DNA of 64,000 nucleotides from Wickerhamiella versatilis (taxonomy: Eukaryota): positions 1,612,001-1,676,000 of the forward strand of contig JAQOWU010000007.1 in the NCBI GenBank assembly GCA_030867685.1, read 5' to 3'. The position numbers were made by a program, and so were the translations under genes. Shown here one piece after another: positions 60,834 to 64,000 of the stretch. The notes under the pieces were generated by a model that saw only the letters and a list, made by a program, of their open reading frames with translations, made no database searches and was not told the DNA's origin. Each line of letters starts with the position of its first letter. Within the stretch, counting starts at the first letter, position 1.

Positions 60834-62606
60834 ATGGCGTTAGCACAGCTTAGCGGGGCTCGAGCCCTGGTTCGAGATGATCCAGAGAAATATCCAGGGT
60901 TGGCAGATGGCGTATTGATGATTGCTGATCATTCAGACCTTGAAATACGCCGGTGGGCAGCCAGCTTTTTACTTGATGCTTTTTCTTGTACTGAGCTTGC
61001 TGATCAAGAGAAGCAAATATTAGCACCAAAGTGCGTTAATGCTCTTGAAATCTGGCTACATGATACCGATTTTTTACTTCTCAAACTAGCTATTGCTTGT
61101 CTTAGTGTTTCGTATCCATTCTTATTTCGAGGTGGTGGCTGCGATGCCACGCGGCTAAGCGCTCTTAAGTCAAGTGCTCTTTCACACTGGGATGGCGCTG
61201 CACTACACCATGAAGGTGTTTGGGCATCGTGTGTTAAGTTTGCAGCTACTCTTGTCGCTCTGCAGACTGGCAAAGGTGTTCCGGGTGACCCCGTAATGCT
61301 TGCCGCCGAAGGAGCTGGTCTCTTGGACAGACTTGTTGCATATTTTGCAGAACCGAAGTTAAATTTTGGTAGGTTCTCGTCGACCTTGAGTGCAGTGCTA
61401 CCCCTTGTTGCCTATCGTCCAGGACCATTAGCCCAAAAAGTTGTATTAAGTTTATTGAGCTTTAATTTGCCAAAGAAAGAGATTGAAAATTCTTCGATGT
61501 CCACAGAACTAGTCATTAAATGGACAGACAAAGCCTTACGTCTTGGTCTGGGTACCGTGGCCCATCGTAACCAGGTCCCACAGTATACACAAGGAATCTA
61601 TCGCTACCTTGCTTTTATAACAGAGTATACTGCAAATTCATCACTGCGAAAGCGTGCTGCAGAAATGGATGAAGCCCCTAAAACCAAAAAGGCAAAACTA
61701 GCCACCGCAGAGAATCCTGTGAACACTTCGACCAAACTTCCTCCTGGCGATGAAGTACATCTCAGTGAAGTTTTCAACCTAGGAGATCCTGCAAATGCGC
61801 TGGTAAGGTTCAATGCCCGTGATTTGCAGCTCGATCTTGCTGTTAATATGGCTCTAGCTGGGCTTGCCACAGCTAATTCGACGTTAATTAAGAATTGTAT
61901 TGAAATAGCACGAAAACGATACGAGAGCCTTCCTCCACCAAAGAAAGAAACTAAAATTGAGCCACCCAAGAATGCAGTAGAAGCACCGCAGCCCAAAGAT
62001 GAGCCAAGAGGTCTGCACAAGTACGACCGTGATGAGGCCGCGATGGAAATGGGAAAAATGGCATTCCGTCTATCAGTATATCCTCCGCTTTTGATTAGGC
62101 TCGCTACACGTGGTATTCCTCGCACGTCTTCGATGCTACCTGTGCTACGTGAATATCTTTTTACCTTCCTAATGAATGACTTCCGTGCATATCTTGAGTT
62201 AATTGTACGCTGGCTTAACGATGAATGGGCTGCTGAAGGCCTTTCGGGAAATGACGATCATTCGGCCTATAATGAACTGGTTGAGAGAATAGTAGATGAG
62301 CTATTGCCTAAGCTTGATGCAGGAGACTCTCGCATGTTTATACGTCTTCTCTCCGAGTTACCGGAGTTGTCGAGGTCTGTGATTTTCAAGTTGCGTAGTA
62401 TTTGCACAGATCCTGAACGCCGAATGTTAGGATCGCGCGCTCTAAAGTTCTTAATTATGTTCAAGCCGCCAGTTCGCGAAGACTGTCTAGACCTTGTTGA
62501 GGAACTTGTCAAAGGTGGAATGGAGTCGCTAAGATCGACATTAGAAAAATATCGCCCACCAACCCCCGCAGAAAGTACGGATGATGACCCGTATGAACTT
62601 GAATAA
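60834..62606 (+). CDS. PTA1: Pta1/symplekin-like 3'-end processing scaffold
   Basis: HEAT-like N-terminus (SVSYPFLF, EGAGLLDRL), LIRLATRG, WLNDEW, FIRLLSELP, LIMFKPP. Confidence 0.8.
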   Translation: MALAQLSGARALVRDDPEKYPGLADGVLMIADHSDLEIRRWAASFLLDAFSCTELADQEKQILAPKCVNALEIWLHDTDFLLLKLAIACLSVSYPFLFRGGGCDATRLSALKSSALSHWDGAALHHEGVWASCVKFAATLVALQTGKGVPGDPVMLAAEGAGLLDRLVAYFAEPKLNFGRFSSTLSAVLPLVAYRPGPLAQKVVLSLLSFNLPKKEIENSSMSTELVIKWTDKALRLGLGTVAHRNQVPQYTQGIYRYLAFITEYTANSSLRKRAAEMDEAPKTKKAKLATAENPVNTSTKLPPGDEVHLSEVFNLGDPANALVRFNARDLQLDLAVNMALAGLATANSTLIKNCIEIARKRYESLPPPKKETKIEPPKNAVEAPQPKDEPRGLHKYDRDEAAMEMGKMAFRLSVYPPLLIRLATRGIPRTSSMLPVLREYLFTFLMNDFRAYLELIVRWLNDEWAAEGLSGNDDHSAYNELVERIVDELLPKLDAGDSRMFIRLLSELPELSRSVIFKLRSICTDPERRMLGSRALKFLIMFKPPVREDCLDLVEELVKGGMESLRSTLEKYRPPTPAESTDDDPYELE

Positions 62607-62735
62607 TTTGAAGTATATAGAGTAAGTGTGGATGGACTAAAAAAAAGGTATGCTATTTTATTTAAGAATAAACTACATTATCATGTTAATAGCAAGTTAG
62701 CATATATGATAGCGATTCACGTAATATGTAATATT

Positions 62736-64000
62736 CTAGTTCTCTTTAGGAAAATCTCTATCTCGCCAGAGAGATTCTTGATCAGCTGATAAGCGTACGT
62801 GATTCTCCAGCCATTCAGCCGTCTCTCTATGCAAAGCACCGAGTAAAGTAGGTGCATCCTTCTCCATTCTCTTTTTGCCAAAAACAACGGATGTTTCAGG
62901 GCTTATGCGCTTCCAGTAAAGCCATTGGCGGCCTCTTCGCATAACTCGATTAACCTCCTCTTTAGGGGAGGAAATAAGCACGGGAACCAATATCTCGTGA
63001 AGGGCACAGTCCTCTTCCGATAGAGGAGAATCAAAAGTAGAAGTTATAGTACAGTCACTGTGGTCAATGAAGATATATGAAAATCGGGGCACCGGGGAGG
63101 GGGCAAAATTTGCGCCACCGAGAATAGATTCAAGACGATCACACTGACGGCCAACATGTTTGTTTTTTTTAAAGGGCTCGTCATAAAAGAGAACGAAAAT
63201 ATGGTCGTTTTTCCGATACAATAGAATATAATTTACATTCATCATCTCATCGTAAAAAGGCTTCTCAGGATTACCCAAAAAGGTAGCAGCTGGCGGCTTC
63301 TCTGTCTGCTTGTCTGAATGGAACGTTAAAGAGGGCATCCAGGAAGAATTAAAAGAGACAGTCGGAAGATTATCGTACCACCCCAGTTCTGGCACCCACG
63401 ATTCGGACTTTCGATTCTCAAACTCTCCCTTCAAATGACGTACAAAGCCTAAATTTTCACTGTATGAAGCGTCCTGGCCCGTAAGTGCACATTCGAACAG
63501 CCAATACTGTGTGTCCACACGAAGACTCAAAGGTGAGATTGACCCCGGCCATATAGCTGCGGCATCGCTAGTTGTAACAACCATAAGATCCTTGGCTCCC
63601 ATTTCTTCTCTAATTCTATCCGCTTCTTGCAATGCAATTGGGTTAACCCGGCCAGGTTCCAGCCTGATATAAGGTAAAGCAGCCGCAGCTCCCAAGTCAT
63701 GCCATTGCGGCCAATGTGTGCAAAACGCAGTCCACCATGCTCTAATAATGGCTTTACCTTCCTCAGATTTGGTCATACTATCGAGAGATCCATGGTGAAA
63801 TCGCCATTGACGATAGGCATCACGCACAACAGACCGCATAGATTCTGGGGAACACTTGGGTGACGGTATTGTGCAGGTCAACCAAAACCCTTCCCGCCAA
63901 TCGGCATTGCTAGGTGCCTCTAAACGTTGAACGAGAATCAAAGAGCTCTTAGTCTCCAAGTATGTTACTGGGTGTTTATCGAAAGAGTATGCAAATTCAG
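62736..64000 (-). CDS. CCZ1: Ccz1-like longin-domain vacuolar fusion protein; 5' end lies outside the window
   Basis: The frame stays open past the track TTG start to the window edge (..EFAYSFDKHPVTYLETKSS..). LET..LE..FWL, AY..WRFHHG and WW..F..W resemble the first longin domain of fungal Ccz1. Confidence 0.6.
   Translation of the reverse strand, partial: EFAYSFDKHPVTYLETKSSLILVQRLEAPSNADWREGFWLTCTIPSPKCSPESMRSVVRDAYRQWRFHHGSLDSMTKSEEGKAIIRAWWTAFCTHWPQWHDLGAAAALPYIRLEPGRVNPIALQEADRIREEMGAKDLMVVTTSDAAAIWPGSISPLSLRVDTQYWLFECALTGQDASYSENLGFVRHLKGEFENRKSESWVPELGWYDNLPTVSFNSSWMPSLTFHSDKQTEKPPAATFLGNPEKPFYDEMMNVNYILLYRKNDHIFVLFYDEPFKKNKHVGRQCDRLESILGGANFAPSPVPRFSYIFIDHSDCTITSTFDSPLSEEDCALHEILVPVLISSPKEEVNRVMRRGRQWLYWKRISPETSVVFGKKRMEKDAPTLLGALHRETAEWLENHVRLSADQESLWRDRDFPKEN

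Noticed and set aside
690..62512. Numerous 60-190 aa antisense or nested ORFs in the track (e.g. 8301-8843, 15722-16303, 38836-39306, 61604-62125)
   Set aside because: They are shadow frames of well-supported genes with no recognisable motifs.
1..64000. Bacterial horizontally acquired genes, transposons, tRNA or rRNA genes
   Set aside because: All recognisable proteins look fungal; I saw no transposase, reverse transcriptase, LTR, tRNA cloverleaf or rRNA sequence by eye. tRNAscan-SE and an alien-index search would be needed to exclude them formally.

Overview
Eukaryotic, gene-dense and apparently intron-poor budding-yeast chromosomal DNA. The compactness and divergent orthologues suggest an early-branching Saccharomycotina such as the Wickerhamiella/Starmerella group; this is inference only. 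About 33 protein-coding genes are supported, mostly housekeeping: an Rrm3/Pif1 helicase, ODC carrier, SCP160, a DHA1 MFS transporter, EMI1, a Ras GTPase, DBF4, a Ycf1-like ABCC, IFM1, TSR4, AIP5, DAS2, FAL1, kinesin-5, a 2OG-Fe(II) oxygenase, RFT1, SIW14, a Dnf flippase, a UapA-like permease, NCL1, a ferric reductase, XRN1, BUD13, ALO1, GWT1, a TMEM70-like protein, MEC1, PTA1 and CCZ1. I saw no tRNA, rRNA, transposon, CRISPR array or clearly bacterial gene. The most notable observations are: (1) a 58-aa ORF missed by the ORF track, with a TATA box, an inverted pair of SCB elements and S-P sites; (2) a hairpin-rich, C/D-box-bearing candidate ncRNA just upstream of it; (3) a tandem array of three diverged Rcr1-like membrane proteins; (4) a NAT permease with substitutions at key residues; (5) widespread protein shortening, including Mec1; (6) transcription-factor motifs very close to start codons, with a recurrent TTAGTCA motif; (7) a graded 12-bp minisatellite; and (8) three gene pairs syntenic with S. 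cerevisiae. Family assignments come from recalled motifs, not database searches.
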